From Actinomycetota bacterium (GTDB lineage: Bacteria; Actinomycetota; UBA4738; HRBIN12): 64,000 bases of DNA. This document shows positions 53,858-64,000 of the stretch, in pieces; position 1 is the stretch's first letter; each line of letters begins with the position of its first letter. Location of the stretch: the NCBI GenBank assembly GCA_046330185.1, contig JAXLTF010000005.1, positions 96,360 through 160,359 of the forward strand, read 5' to 3'. The translations under genes and the position numbers were made by a program. The notes beneath the pieces are model-generated. The model had not been told where the DNA came from, ran no database searches, and saw only the letters and a program-made list of their open reading frames with translations.

Positions 53858-55218
53858 GCCCCGGCCCCGGTCAGGCTCGCCTCGACGCCTCCGTCGGCGG
53901 GCTGCTCCATGCCTCCGCCCGCGGCGGGCTCCTCGACGCCCGGGCCGACGCCCGTGACCGGGCATCGGCCCTCCCGCACGTGGGCCTCGTACTCCTCGGG
54001 GAAGTGCTTGAGCGTGGACGCGATCGGGGATACGGCGCCGTCGGCCAGGGCGCAGAACGCGCGGAACAGGATGTTCCGTCCCATGTCGTCCATCAGCGGG
54101 AGGTCCCTCGCGCTCCCGTACCCGCCCTCGATCCGCCCGAGCACCCGCGCGGCCCACCACGTGCCTTCGCGGCACGGCGTGCACTTGCCGCACGACTCGT
54201 GCGCGTAGAACTGCACGAGCCGGCGCGCCGCCTCGACCATGCAGTCCGTCTCGTCCAGGACGATCACCGCGCCGGTACCCAGCAGCGAGCCGGCCTCGGC
54301 GATCGACTCGAAGTCCAGTCCGACGTCCATGTGCTGGGCCGTCAGGAACGGCGTCGACGATCCGCCCGGCGTCCAGGCCTTGAGCGCCCTGCCGCCCAGC
54401 ACGCCGCCCGCGTGCTCCTCCAGCAGGACCCGGAGCGGCGTCCCGAGCGGCAGCTCGTAGTTGCCCGGGCGCTCGACCTTGCCGGAGACCGTGAACATCT
54501 TCGTGCCCGGTGACTTCTCGGTGCCCCAGCGGCGGAACCAATCCGCGCCGTTGCGGACGATCGGCGGGACGTTCATCAGCGTCTCGACGTTGTTGATCAC
54601 CGTCGGGCTGGCGTACAGGCCCTCGACCGCGGGGAACGGCGGCCGCAGCCTAGGCTGGCCACGGAAGCCCTCGAGCGAGGAGAGCAGCGCCGTCTCCTCC
54701 CCGCAGATGTATGCCCCGGCGCCGCGGTGCAGGACGACGTCCAGGTCGTAGCCGCTGCCCATCACGTCACGCCCCAGGTATCCTGCGGCGTACGCCTCGT
54801 CCAGCGCGCGCTGCACGACGATGCCCGGCCACAGGTACTCACCGCGGATGTAGATGAACGCCTGGTGACACTCGATCGCGCGCGCCGCGATGGCGACGCC
54901 TTCGATCAGTGCGTGCGGCTCGCGCTCGACCAGCTCTCGGTTGTTGCACGTGCCCGGCTCGGACTCGTCGAAGTTGCATACGACGTAGGTGGGCTTGCCG
55001 GTGTCCTGGGGGACGAACGACCACTTCATGCCCGTGGGGAACCCCGCGCCGCCGCGGCCGCGGAGCCCGGAGTCCTTCACGAGCTGGATCAGGTCGGGAC
55101 CGGACGTCGCCAGCGCGGAGCGCAGCGCCGCATAGCCGCCGGCCGCCTCGTAGCCCGCGAGCGGGATCACGGAGTCGTCGCCCCAGTGGGCGGTGAGGAT
55201 CCGTGCCTCCTCGCTCAC
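53854..55218 (-). CDS. nuoF: NADH-quinone oxidoreductase subunit F (cluster 2)
   Basis: GRGGAGFPTGMKWSF FMN/NADH site; GTG start overlapping the nuoE2 stop (GTGA). Confidence 0.9.
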   Translation of the reverse strand: MSEEARILTAHWGDDSVIPLAGYEAAGGYAALRSALATSGPDLIQLVKDSGLRGRGGAGFPTGMKWSFVPQDTGKPTYVVCNFDESEPGTCNNRELVEREPHALIEGVAIAARAIECHQAFIYIRGEYLWPGIVVQRALDEAYAAGYLGRDVMGSGYDLDVVLHRGAGAYICGEETALLSSLEGFRGQPRLRPPFPAVEGLYASPTVINNVETLMNVPPIVRNGADWFRRWGTEKSPGTKMFTVSGKVERPGNYELPLGTPLRVLLEEHAGGVLGGRALKAWTPGGSSTPFLTAQHMDVGLDFESIAEAGSLLGTGAVIVLDETDCMVEAARRLVQFYAHESCGKCTPCREGTWWAARVLGRIEGGYGSARDLPLMDDMGRNILFRAFCALADGAVSPIASTLKHFPEEYEAHVREGRCPVTGVGPGVEEPAAGGGMEQPADGGVEASLTGAGA

Positions 55219-55826
55219 ACGACCACCTCGGTGGGCTCGGGTGCGCCCCCGCTCGGCGGCAGCCCCTCGAGGCCCGCCAGGATCCGCGACGCGTGGCGGA
55301 AGCTCGTGACGGCAGGGCCTCGGGCCGGCCCGGGGACCGTGCCGGCGCGCAGCGCATCCACCAGCTCGGCCACCCGCTCCGGGGTCACATGGTCGTGGTT
55401 CGCGGCGTTGACCTGAACGACCGGCGCCAGCTCGCAGACCCCGAGGCACTCCTCCTCGTGCACCGAGAAGACGCCGTCGTCGGAGAGATCGCCCCCGTGG
55501 GGGATCCCGGTCGCCCGGTGGGCGGCCTCGTAGACGTCCTTGGCGCCCCGCAGGGCGCACGACAGGTTCGTGCAGACCGCGATCAGGTGGGTGCCCGTCT
55601 CACGCAGCCTCAGCATCGTGTAGAAGCTGCCGACCGCCTCGACCTCCGCCGTCGTGATCCCCAGGAGCTCGCCGACCTCGCGCAGCGCGCCCCGAGTGAC
55701 GTGGCCCTCGATCGACTGCGTGAGGTAGAGCAGCGGCATCACGGCGGAGCGTTCGCGCCCGGCCGGGTACCTCGCGATGATCGCGCGCGCCTCCTCGAGC
55801 GTGGTTCCCTCGAACAGCGCCATCAG
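55215..55826 (-). CDS. nuoE: NADH-quinone oxidoreductase subunit E (cluster 2)
   Basis: [20 protein letters not shown]...; thioredoxin-like 2Fe-2S CxxxxC...C motifs; ATGA overlap with nuoD2. Confidence 0.85.
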   Translation of the reverse strand: MMALFEGTTLEEARAIIARYPAGRERSAVMPLLYLTQSIEGHVTRGALREVGELLGITTAEVEAVGSFYTMLRLRETGTHLIAVCTNLSCALRGAKDVYEAAHRATGIPHGGDLSDDGVFSVHEEECLGVCELAPVVQVNAANHDHVTPERVAELVDALRAGTVPGPARGPAVTSFRHASRILAGLEGLPPSGGAPEPTEVVV

Positions 55827-57088
55827 CGGTCCACCCCGCCCATCACGGGATCGAGGCTGGCGATCGCGGCGATCGCGTCGGCCACGAGATAGCCCTCGAC
55901 CATCTTCGCGGTCGCCTGCAGGTTCACGAACGACGGGTCGCGGATCTTCACGCGGTACGGCTGGTAGCCCCCGTCCGAGACGATGTAGAAGCCGAGCTCT
56001 CCGCGTGGCGACTCGACCGCCTGATAGACCTCGCCGGCCGGGACCTCGACGCCCTGGGTAACCATCTTGAAGTGGTTGATCAGGGCCTCCATCGACTCCT
56101 CCATGATGTGGCGAACGTAGGCGGGGTCGTTGCCGATGCCGTCGGGCCCGACCGACAGACGCGAGGGCCATGCCACCTTCGGGTCGGCGACCATGACGGG
56201 ACCGGGCTCCTCCAGTCGCTCGAGGCACTGCTCGACGATCCGCATCGACTCGCGCATCTCGTCGAGGCGGATCCGGTACCTCGCGTAGGCGTCGGCGTCG
56301 TCGAGGACGGGAACATCGAACTCGAACGTCTCGTAGCCGCAGTAGGGCGCATCCTTGCGCAGGTCGGCCGCGACGCCGGCCGAGCGCAGGATCGGCCCCG
56401 TGACGCCCAGCGCGAGGCAGTCCTCGGCGGACAGGACCCCGACGCCCTGGTTGCGCTGCAACCAGATCGGATTGTCGTCCAGGATCGCCTCGTACTCGTC
56501 GATCCTGATCGGCATCTCACGCAGGAAGTCGCGGACGTGCTCCTCCGCCCCCGGCTGCAGATCCATGATCACGCCGCCGATCCGGAAGTACTCGTGGTTC
56601 ATCCGCAGGCCCGTGGTCGCCTCGAAGATCTCCATCAGGACCTCACGCTCGCGGAAGCCGTAGAGCATGATCGACACCGCGCCCAGCTCCATGCCGCCGG
56701 TGGCCAACCACACCAGGTGCGACGCGATCCGATTCAGCTCGCAGAACAGCACCCGCAGGAGCTGAGCGCGCGGCGGCGCCTCGATCCCCAGCAGCCGCTC
56801 GACCGCGAGGCAGTACCCGAGCTCGTTGAAGAACGGCGAGAGGTAGTCGGCTCGGGTGACGTAGGTGACGCCCTGCTGCCAGGTCCGGTACTCGGTGTTC
56901 TTCTCGATCCCGGTGTGCAGGTAGCCGATCACCGGTTCGCACGAGATCACCGTCTCTCCGTCGAGCTCCAGGAGCAGACGGAGCACCCCATGGGTCGAGG
57001 GGTGCTGGGGACCCATGTTGATGATCATCGTCTCCTGCCGGATCTGGCCGGAGGCGTCGCGCTGCAGGCGGTCGGTTGGAGGGGTCAT
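55823..57088 (-). CDS. nuoD: NADH-quinone oxidoreductase subunit D (cluster 2)
   Basis: MTPPTDRLQ...[27 protein letters not shown]; about 421 aa; ATGA overlap with nuoC2. Confidence 0.9.
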   Translation of the reverse strand: MTPPTDRLQRDASGQIRQETMIINMGPQHPSTHGVLRLLLELDGETVISCEPVIGYLHTGIEKNTEYRTWQQGVTYVTRADYLSPFFNELGYCLAVERLLGIEAPPRAQLLRVLFCELNRIASHLVWLATGGMELGAVSIMLYGFREREVLMEIFEATTGLRMNHEYFRIGGVIMDLQPGAEEHVRDFLREMPIRIDEYEAILDDNPIWLQRNQGVGVLSAEDCLALGVTGPILRSAGVAADLRKDAPYCGYETFEFDVPVLDDADAYARYRIRLDEMRESMRIVEQCLERLEEPGPVMVADPKVAWPSRLSVGPDGIGNDPAYVRHIMEESMEALINHFKMVTQGVEVPAGEVYQAVESPRGELGFYIVSDGGYQPYRVKIRDPSFVNLQATAKMVEGYLVADAIAAIASLDPVMGGVDR

Positions 57089-57591
57089 GGTCGGGTGATG
57101 GTTCGCCGGTCCACCGGCGGGATGAACGCGCCGACGAAGCGCGTGTTCACGCCGCCGAGCTCCTCGTCCTTCCGCAACGGGAACCCGTCCCAGTCGTCGG
57201 GGAGCAGGATCCGCTTCAGGTCCGGGTGCCCGGCGAACGTCACGCCGAAGAAGTCGTACGTCTCGCGCTCGTGCCAGTTCGCCGTCGGGAACAACCCCGT
57301 GACGGTGGGCACCCATGGATCGTCGTTCGGGACCCCGACCTTGACCCGAAGGCGGTGCGAGTGCCGGAGCGATCGCATCTCGTAGGCGATCCAGAACCGC
57401 GGATCCTCCCCGGGTCGATCTACGGCTGTGACCGACGAGCAGAAGCTCATATCGAGCTCCGCGTCGTCGCGGAAGGTGGTCAGGGCCTCCAGCAACTCGT
57501 CGCGATCAACCACTACCGTCGCCTCGTCCCGCGCCACGAGCACGTCCGGCCAGCGTTCCCGGATCCGCTCGGCGAGCTCCCGCGGCATCAT
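57085..57591 (-). CDS. nuoC: NADH-quinone oxidoreductase subunit C (cluster 2)
   Basis: [10 protein letters not shown]...[40 protein letters not shown]. Confidence 0.85.
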   Translation of the reverse strand: MMPRELAERIRERWPDVLVARDEATVVVDRDELLEALTTFRDDAELDMSFCSSVTAVDRPGEDPRFWIAYEMRSLRHSHRLRVKVGVPNDDPWVPTVTGLFPTANWHERETYDFFGVTFAGHPDLKRILLPDDWDGFPLRKDEELGGVNTRFVGAFIPPVDRRTITRP

Positions 57592-58106
57592 CTGAACGTC
57601 TCCGCGGTGCGGACCTTCTCGTGCAGCTTCAGGATGCCGAACATCAGCATCTCGGGCTTCGGTGGACAGCCGGGCACGTACACGTCGACCGGGACGATGG
57701 TGTCGACCCCCTGGACGATCGCGTAGTTGGTGAACATCCCTCCGGCCGACGCGCAGACGCCCATCGCGATCACCCAGCGGGGCTCGGGCATCTGGTCGTA
57801 GATCCGGCGCAGGACCGGGGCCATCTTCTGCGACACGCGGCCCGCGACGATCATCAGGTCCGATTGGCGAGGCGAGGCGCGGAAGAGCTCCATCCCCCAA
57901 CGCGAGAGGTCGTATCGCCCGGCGCCGGTCGACATCATCTCGATCGCGCAGCAGGCCAGACCGAACGTCGCCGGCCACATCGACTGCTCGCGCGCCCACC
58001 CGACGGCGCGGTCCAGCGTGGTGAGCAGGACGCCCCGACGGACCTCCTCCTCCACCTCCTCGGGGGTCTTCCCTGGGCTAACGCCCGGGATCCGCTCAAC
58101 CGGCAC
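57588..58106 (-). CDS. nuoB: NADH-quinone oxidoreductase subunit B (cluster 2)
   Basis: [20 protein letters not shown] and PGCPP motifs. Confidence 0.9.
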   Translation of the reverse strand: MPVERIPGVSPGKTPEEVEEEVRRGVLLTTLDRAVGWAREQSMWPATFGLACCAIEMMSTGAGRYDLSRWGMELFRASPRQSDLMIVAGRVSQKMAPVLRRIYDQMPEPRWVIAMGVCASAGGMFTNYAIVQGVDTIVPVDVYVPGCPPKPEMLMFGILKLHEKVRTAETFR

Positions 58107-58539
58107 CGACGGCCTCCCGCTCGGGCTCCTCCTCCGCCGCCGCGACGGGCTGTTCCGCTAGGCCCAGATCCTCCGACCAGTCCAGGCCCCCCTTCCGCCA
58201 CACGTACGCGTACGCGACGAACACCAGCGCGATGAAGACCGCCATCTCGACCAGCCCGAACAGGCCGAGGTTGCGGAACTCCACGGCCCACGGGAACAGG
58301 AAGATCATCTCGATGTCGAAGATGATGAACAGCATCGCGACCACGTAGAACTTCACCGGGAACCGCTCGCCCTTCGGGAGCCGGACCGGGTCGTTGCCGC
58401 ACTCGTACGGCATCAGCTTCACGGGGTTCGGCCGGTTGGGCCGCAGGAGCGACGACGCGAACAACGACGCCACGGCGAAGACGAACGCGAGGACCGCGAG
58501 GACCAGGATCGGCAGGTACTCGCTCAACACGGGCGGCAT
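58096..58539 (-). CDS. nuoA: NADH-quinone oxidoreductase subunit A (cluster 2)
   Basis: [11 protein letters not shown]...[11 protein letters not shown]. Confidence 0.9.
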   Translation of the reverse strand: MPPVLSEYLPILVLAVLAFVFAVASLFASSLLRPNRPNPVKLMPYECGNDPVRLPKGERFPVKFYVVAMLFIIFDIEMIFLFPWAVEFRNLGLFGLVEMAVFIALVFVAYAYVWRKGGLDWSEDLGLAEQPVAAAEEEPEREAVGAG

Positions 58540-58555
58540 CCTAACCGGGGGTGCC

Positions 58556-59803
58556 TCACGCCGCCCTCGCCAGCCGCTGCAGCAGGGCGAAGAGCCGGTC
58601 CTGCGCGTCGCCGTCCCACCCGTCGGAGATGTTGCCCATGACCCGGAGCGCGAAGCCCATGACCGTCGGCCGCGGGAGCATCCACCTGGTCGCTAGCCCC
58701 ATCACCGCCGGGTTGCCGATGGCCCGGGCGAACCCACGGCCGATCGTGAAGTAGCGCCCGTAGCGCTGCCGCAGGACGGTCGGGTACATCGCCGCGATGC
58801 CGGGCCGCCGCGCGACCAGAGCCTCGTGGATCAGCTCGGCGGCGATCTCGGCCGTCTCCATCGCGTAAGCGATGCCCTCGCCGTTCATCGGGTTGACTGC
58901 GCCCGCGGCGTCGCCCACCAGCAACATGCCGGGAACGGCCTGCGGCGTCCGGTTGAAGCTCATCGGGAGCGGGCCCGAGAGCAGGCGTCCCTCGGCGGTC
59001 TCCTCCGCGATGCCGTACGTCTCCGGGAGCATCGCCGCGAACGCGTCGAACAGCCGCTGCGCGGAGACCTCCTTGAAGTCCCTGAACGTGTTGAGCAGGC
59101 CGGCGCCGAGGTTCACCGTGCCGCCGGCTACCGGGAAGAGCCATCCGTACCCGGGCAGGAGCAGGTCGCCCTCCCAAAGATCCAGCCACGACTCGAGCCA
59201 CGGGCCCGGGTGGTACTCGGTCCGGTAGTAGCGCCGCGCGGCGATCCCCAGCGGCCGGCCGTCGTCGCGCACGACCCCCGCGGGCACGGCGAACCGCGAG
59301 GCGGCGCCGTCGGCGGCGATGACGAACCGAGCGCGGACCTGCCGGACCTCACCGTCGTCCCGCGACCCCGCCGGACGCACGGTCGAGCCGACGACCCAGC
59401 CCTCGTCGAGGATCGGCGCCACGGCCTCCGTGGCCTCCACGAGCCGCGCGCCGGCCTTGACGGCACGCTCGGCGAGCATGGCGTCGAGGTCGTGGCGCGT
59501 CCGAACCACGCCGAAGTCGGGCCAGGACGTGAGCTCGGGGAACGGGAGCTCGATGGTGTCGCGCCGCGAGTGGACGCGCAGGCCGTGGACCCGTTCGAAC
59601 CCGGGCTCGTTCGGGTCGATCCCCATCCGCTTCACGGCGGCGACGCCGCGGGGGGTGAGGCCATCGCCGCAGACCTTCTCTCGCGGGAAACGGGTCCGCT
59701 CGAGCATCGTCACGTCGATCCCGTGGCGCGCCAGGTGATAGGCGGCCGCCGACCCGCCCGGCCCCGCCCCGATCACCAGCACATCGGTCTCGGTGCCCGT
59801 CAC
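58556..59803 (-). CDS. geranylgeranyl reductase-family FAD-dependent oxidoreductase (possible menaquinone side-chain reductase, MenJ-like)
   Basis: DVLVIGAGPGGSAAAYHLARHGIDVTMLER...VCGDGLTP; 17 nt upstream of nuoA2. Confidence 0.75.
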   Translation of the reverse strand: MTGTETDVLVIGAGPGGSAAAYHLARHGIDVTMLERTRFPREKVCGDGLTPRGVAAVKRMGIDPNEPGFERVHGLRVHSRRDTIELPFPELTSWPDFGVVRTRHDLDAMLAERAVKAGARLVEATEAVAPILDEGWVVGSTVRPAGSRDDGEVRQVRARFVIAADGAASRFAVPAGVVRDDGRPLGIAARRYYRTEYHPGPWLESWLDLWEGDLLLPGYGWLFPVAGGTVNLGAGLLNTFRDFKEVSAQRLFDAFAAMLPETYGIAEETAEGRLLSGPLPMSFNRTPQAVPGMLLVGDAAGAVNPMNGEGIAYAMETAEIAAELIHEALVARRPGIAAMYPTVLRQRYGRYFTIGRGFARAIGNPAVMGLATRWMLPRPTVMGFALRVMGNISDGWDGDAQDRLFALLQRLARAA

Positions 59804-59879
59804 AGACTCCCCCTCAGATGCTTGTGAAAGGCTTCACGAGCGGCAGCGTATCCGCTCGTGAACGGCTTCACTTTCGAGC

Positions 59880-60347
59880 CTACAACGGCTCGTTCCCACG
59901 CACGACGTCGGGGGCGCGGGCGTGGTCCCAGGTCCGCACGGCCGTCGTCAGGACCCGCACGAACCCGAGCGCCGGCACATCGCGCGCGAGCTGTTCGAAG
60001 CCCTCGCCCGCCACGGCGCCACGGTACTTCTCATGCCAGGCCGACATCGGGCCGCGCATGTCCGGGTGCTCGACGGGCGAGAGCTCGCCCGTCCCGTCGA
60101 TCCGGACGCCGGCGAGCTCCATCCACGACCTGCCGCGGTCGACCACCACGCTGAGGCGCGGGTCCGCCTCGAGGTTCTCCCAGGTCGCGTCGCCGCGCGG
60201 TGTCGCGACGAACAGCCCCGGTTCCGTCCATACGAACCACCGGCTGGCGACGTGCGGATGCCCGTTCCCCCCGACGGTGGCGATCCGGCATGCCGGGACG
60301 TCACGGAACGCCCGCCGCAACGGCTCGAGGGGATCCCGCTCCATCAC
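59880..60347 (-). CDS. pyridoxamine 5'-phosphate oxidase-like FMN-binding family protein
   Basis: 155 aa; PNPOx/F420-dependent split-barrel family pattern (IATVGGNGHPHVASRWFVW...). Confidence 0.6.
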   Translation of the reverse strand: MMERDPLEPLRRAFRDVPACRIATVGGNGHPHVASRWFVWTEPGLFVATPRGDATWENLEADPRLSVVVDRGRSWMELAGVRIDGTGELSPVEHPDMRGPMSAWHEKYRGAVAGEGFEQLARDVPALGFVRVLTTAVRTWDHARAPDVVRGNEPL

Positions 60348-61218
60348 GGGCCCGCCAACCGCAGCGCCAGATCGGCCAGGGCTCCGGCGACGTCGGCCTC
60401 GAGCGCGGCCCCGTCGAGGGCGCCCACCGCCTCGTCGTAGAGCGCGGCGACCCGACGCCGGTCCACGGCGGGTTGGTCGCGGTCGCGGAGGTCGTCGAGC
60501 AGCTGGAATGCCTCGCCGAGGGGTCCGCCGAACGCCGACAAGGTGTCCAGCACGGCCGGGGAAGCTCCCCCAGGGTGCCCCCGATCACGAGTGGAGCCGC
60601 GACCGTGTAGGAGCCGCCGCGCAGCCGGGCGGCCCGGCCGGGGTCCGCGCCGGGATCGCCCAGGAGCTCCACCACCTGACCCGCCGCCATCTCGACCCGC
60701 ATATCCGCGTACACGCTCAGCGCGGCGACCGATCTGTCGGGGGCGAACCCCGCATCCAGGAGGAGCCGGTCCGCCAGCACCGCGGCGAGGTCCCCGGTCA
60801 GCAACGCGAGGGACCATCCGGTCCGCTCCGGATCGGCCGCGCCGGCCTCGCGGGCGCGGCCGGTCAGCCATGCCTCGCTCGAGGGGACGTCGCGGCGCTC
60901 GGTGGCCCGGTCGATCAGGTCGTCGTGTATCAGCGCCATCGCGTGAAGCAGCTCCAGCGCGCTCGCCGCCCGCAGGATCGCCGGTTCGTCCGCGTCACCG
61001 CCCGCGGCCCGGTACCCCAGCACGCAGCAGGCGGGACGCAGGCGTTTGCCGCCCGCGGCGAGCAGCCGCGAGAGCTCGTCGACGAGGATCGCGGCGCTCG
61101 GATCGAGCGTCGCGATCGACGAACGCGCCCGGCTGAGAGCCTCGTCCAGGATCTCGTCGACCCGCGCGCGGATCCGTCCCGTAGGGTCGACGGCCGACGG
61201 CAACGACGGGCCCGACAC
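60344..61218 (-). pseudogene. polyprenyl diphosphate synthase with an apparent frameshift near 60600
   Basis: FARM LIHDDLIDRATERRD in the track ORF 60301..61218; the second motif FQLLDDLRD is in a different minus frame (track ORF 60344..60871); homopolymer C runs lie at the junction. Confidence 0.55.
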
Positions 61219-61291
61219 GCATGCACGGTACCCGAACCCGCGATGCCGGGGGTGGCGATATCATGGCGGGGAGCCCTCGGCTCACCATCGG

Positions 61292-62416
61292 ATGAACCGC
61301 TTCCAGAAGCTGACGCTCGTCACCGCCTGCACCACGATCGTGCTGTTCGCCGTGGGTGGGCTGGTACGCGGCACCGGGTCCGGTCTGGGGTGCTCCACCT
61401 GGCCCGGGTGCGAGCCGGGGCAGCTGTTCCCCAGCGGGACGATCCATTCGTTGATCGAGTTCTCGCACCGGGCGCTCGTGTTCGTCGTGAGCGCCCTGGT
61501 CGCCTGGACCGCGATCGAGGCGCTCCGCCGGTACCGGTCCGTGCCCGCGCTGTTCTGGCCGGCCGTCGCCGCGATCCCGCTCGTGCTCGGGCAGGCGGTC
61601 CTGGGCGGGATCGTCGTGCGCACGGAGCTCGACCCCGCCTGGGTGACGGCCCATTTCGCGATCGCGCTGGCGCTGGTCGCGGACGTGACCTTCCTGGCCA
61701 CGCGCTCCGCGCTCATGGAGAGACCGGCCGCCGAGGCCGCGGCCGACCCGGGATCCGCCCGCCTGGCGTGGGTCACGACCGGCGCGACGGCGGCTCTGCT
61801 GCTGGTCGGGACGTACGTCCGGGCGCGCGACGCCGGGCTGGCGTTCACGGACTGGCCCCTGCTGGGCGGGAAGCTGGTGCCGGGCCTGGACGGCTACACG
61901 ACGCCGATGTTCCTGCACCGCCTGCTCGCGGCCATCGTCTTCCTCCTGGTGCTGTGGATCGCGATCCGTGCCCGGACCGGTGGGAGCCTCCCCGTTCTCG
62001 TCCGGCTGTCGACGGTGCTGCTAGCCCTGTACGTCGCGCAGATCCTCTCCGGCGCCGCCAACGTGTGGACGCGCCTTCGGCCCTGGACGGTGGTCCTGCA
62101 CGTCGCCCTCTCGGTCCTGATCTGGGCCACCACGGTGGCCCTGGCGACGGCGACGCAGCGGTTGGTCGAGCGGGAGCCCGCCTCGGCCGAGGAGAGCCCG
62201 GACGCGACGGCGGGCGGTTCGCTGCAGGAGCAGGTCACGGCCTACGTCCGGCTCACCAAACCCCGGATCATCGTCCTGCTCCTGATCACGACCGTGCCGG
62301 CGATGATGCTGGCGGCCCATGGGGTCCCGTCGCTCAGGTTGATCCTGGCGACGCTGGCCGGCGGCACGATCGCGGCGGGCTCGGCGAACGCGATCAACAT
62401 GTACCTGGACCGCTGA
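61292..62416 (+). CDS. ctaA: heme A synthase (CtaA/COX15-like) whose frame continues into the N-terminus of heme O synthase (CtaB)
   Basis: From [40 protein letters not shown] (CtaA Cys pair and His-containing TMs) to ...[23 protein letters not shown]...[13 protein letters not shown] (UbiA/CtaB N-terminus) in one frame. Confidence 0.7.
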   Translation: MNRFQKLTLVTACTTIVLFAVGGLVRGTGSGLGCSTWPGCEPGQLFPSGTIHSLIEFSHRALVFVVSALVAWTAIEALRRYRSVPALFWPAVAAIPLVLGQAVLGGIVVRTELDPAWVTAHFAIALALVADVTFLATRSALMERPAAEAAADPGSARLAWVTTGATAALLLVGTYVRARDAGLAFTDWPLLGGKLVPGLDGYTTPMFLHRLLAAIVFLLVLWIAIRARTGGSLPVLVRLSTVLLALYVAQILSGAANVWTRLRPWTVVLHVALSVLIWATTVALATATQRLVEREPASAEESPDATAGGSLQEQVTAYVRLTKPRIIVLLLITTVPAMMLAAHGVPSLRLILATLAGGTIAAGSANAINMYLDR

Positions 62417-63088
62417 CATCGACCAGATCATGCGCCGCACCGTCAGCGCCCGCTCCGGCGCGCGGTGACACCGGATCAGGCCCTGCAGTTCGGGTTCGTG
62501 CTGGGCGCGATCGCCTTCTACTTCATGGCCATCGCCGTGAACGTCCTGGCGGCGACGCTGGCGCTCTCCGCGATCGCGATCTACGTATTCGTCTACACGC
62601 TGTGGCTGAAGCGCTCCAGCCCCCAGAACATCGTGATCGGCGGCGCGGCGGGGGCGATGCCCACCCTCGTCGGATGGGCCGCCGTCTGAGCCTCGCTCCC
62701 CGCCTGGATCTTGTTCGCCGATCGTCTTCGTCTGGACGCCGCCGCACTTCTGGGCCCTGTCGATGCGGTTCCGGGGAGACTACGCGGCCGCCGGCGTGCC
62801 GATGCTTCCGGTGGTTCGCGGTGAGGACGAGACCCGCCGCCAGATCCTCCTGTCTCGCTCGTGCTGTTCGCCGGTGACGCTGCTGCCGCTGCTGGTCCCG
62901 GTGGGGCACATGGGCCTGGTCTACCTGACGACCGCGCTCGTGCTCGGCGGTACGTTCGTCTACCCCAGGCCTGCGTCTGTGGCGAGGGCGGCGACGCCCA
63001 GCGTGGAAGCTGTTCAAAGGCGTACTCGATCGTGTACCTCGCGGCGCTGGTGTTCGGCGCAGTGGCCCTCGACGCGATCGCGTCCTAG
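62417..63088 (+). pseudogene. ctaB: remainder of protoheme IX farnesyltransferase (CtaB) scattered over three + frames
   Basis: [18 protein letters not shown]...[27 protein letters not shown] in one frame, FVWTPPHFWALSMRFRGDYAAAGVPMLPVV in a second, and ...LVFGAVALDAIAS* in a third; at least two frameshifts. Confidence 0.6.
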
Positions 63089-63625
63089 GACCCGCCGCGA
63101 GGAGCTCGTCGAGCAGGCCGGCCAGCTCGACCTCGTCCGTTCGACCGAAGATCGCGTACCGGATGGTGCGCCGCGGTCCACCACGTAGGTGTCGGGGAGC
63201 CCCACGAACCCCAGATCGTCGGCCCAAGCGCCGGCGTGGTCCACGAGGCTCGGATACGTGACGCCGGTGGTCTCGACGAGCGCCCGGGCCTTGTCCTCGT
63301 CGTTGCGGTAGTTGATCCCCAGGAACGCCACGCCGCGATCGCCGTAGCGCTCGTAGAGGCGCTGCAGCGCGGGCATCTCTTCGAGGCACGGCCCGCACCA
63401 CTCGGCCCACACGTTCACTACCGCCACGCGCCCGCGCAGGTCCCGGGTGTCGGCCGTGCCGCCGTCGAGCGTCGGCCCACGCAGCAGGGGCAACGGGCGA
63501 TCCATCGCCGTGACCCCCGGCTCGAGCCCCGAGCCGCCGGCCCGGCGCTCGATCAGGTAGACGGCGCCCAGCACGACCGTCAGGCAGATCACCCCGACGG
63601 GCAGCAGCTTGCGCATGCCGGCCAC
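63085..63625 (-). pseudogene. TlpA/ResA-like thiol-disulfide oxidoreductase with an apparent frameshift near 63180-63230
   Basis: Signal/TM MRKLLPVGVICLTVVLGAVYL; WAEWCGPC active site. The family C-terminus TIRYAIFGRTDEVELAGLLDELLAAGP* is in another minus frame and ends at a TAG inside a CCTAGG palindrome shared with the convergent ctaB stop. Confidence 0.55.
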
Positions 63626-63668
63626 CCTAGCAACGCGCGATCGGCAACCGGGGTCGGCCCGGCCGAGG

Positions 63669-64000
63669 TCAGCCCGACGGGCCGGTTCCCCCAGTGGGGC
63701 CGGACTCGCCGCTGGGCGCGGTGGGACCCGTCGGCGCCGGTTCCCCGCCTCCCCCGCCTCCCCCGGCGGCCACCACGACGGAGCCGGACATGTTCGGATG
63801 CGTGTCGCAGTGGAAGTAGTAGGTCCCGGCGGTGAAGGCCGGCACGTCGTAAGTGATCTGGTCGGGGCCCGTGATGTCCGCTCCGTCGAACATCGGAGCG
63901 TCCAGCGACTCCTCGTCCGGGAATATCGCGATGTTGTGCACGACCGCGGGATCGCGGTTGTCGAGCGTGATCTGAGACGCCTGGTCCGCCGGCAGGTCGA
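63669..64000 (-). CDS. cupredoxin (plastocyanin/amicyanin-like type-1 copper protein), partial at window end, with Gly/Pro-rich C-terminal tail
   Basis: HNIAIF...YYFHCDTHPNMSG supplies His, Cys, His and Met type-1 Cu ligands; the N-terminal beta-strands must lie upstream of the listed Met and possibly beyond 64000. Confidence 0.55.
   Translation of the reverse strand, partial: DLPADQASQITLDNRDPAVVHNIAIFPDEESLDAPMFDGADITGPDQITYDVPAFTAGTYYFHCDTHPNMSGSVVVAAGGGGGGGEPAPTGPTAPSGESGPTGGTGPSG

Noticed and set aside
51437-54541. 1034-aa NuoG with a 228-aa N-terminal extension
   Set aside because: The extension is Arg/Gly-rich junk overlapping nuoF2 in another frame; the true start is the ATG giving [14 protein letters not shown], which overlaps the nuoF2 stop.

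Overview
High-GC (roughly 70%) actinobacterial-type chromosomal segment, read from the six-frame ORF track and by eye; all homology statements rest on recognised sequence motifs, not database searches.

Layout, low to high coordinates:
1. Partial SDR gene followed by a PotABCD-type ABC importer operon on the minus strand (1-4364).
2. An SF2 (ResIII-like) helicase interrupted by a frameshift, with two small unknown ORFs downstream (4676-6747).
3. DUF192 lipoprotein, a HIT-like small protein and a membrane protein (6950-8098), then a flavin monooxygenase gene broken by several frameshifts, then about 1.3 kb with no confident coding signal (8130-10620).
4. A three-domain regulator (degenerate KaiC/RecA-like, XRE HTH, cupin) next to a non-pyrrolysine MttB-family methyltransferase, a divergent corrinoid protein and a CrtI-like FAD oxidoreductase (10628-15855).
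5. An amidohydrolase with a downstream C-terminal remnant, then an ECF sigma factor with a membrane-anchored PD40 beta-propeller anti-sigma candidate and a second PD40 lipoprotein (15896-21116).
6. A lower-GC island of about 7.5 kb ending at the 3' end of tRNA-Tyr (21120-28742). It carries a DUF2188-DUF4238 two-gene cassette, an AbiEi/AbiEii pair whose AbiEii has a WYL-like C-terminal extension, three uncharacterised genes including an endonuclease/exonuclease/phosphatase (EEP) nuclease, and an IS4/IS5-type transposase remnant.
7. YajQ, a class III aminotransferase, a group II PLP decarboxylase and HtpX (29736-34027).
8. The dominant feature: about 24 kb of one minus-strand transcription unit (58539 to 34150) holding a complete 14-gene nuoA-N set, a polyprenyl diphosphate synthase, and then a second, partial nuoABCHIJKLMN set with no nuoD, E, F or G. 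A geranylgeranyl reductase sits immediately upstream.
9. The last 3.7 kb (PPOX-like gene, a second polyprenyl synthase, ctaA-ctaB, tlpA, a cupredoxin) shows several apparent frameshifts.

Because frameshifts cluster in places, some may be sequencing indels rather than true pseudogenes. Start coordinates were derived from ORF-track ends by codon arithmetic and may be off by a codon.
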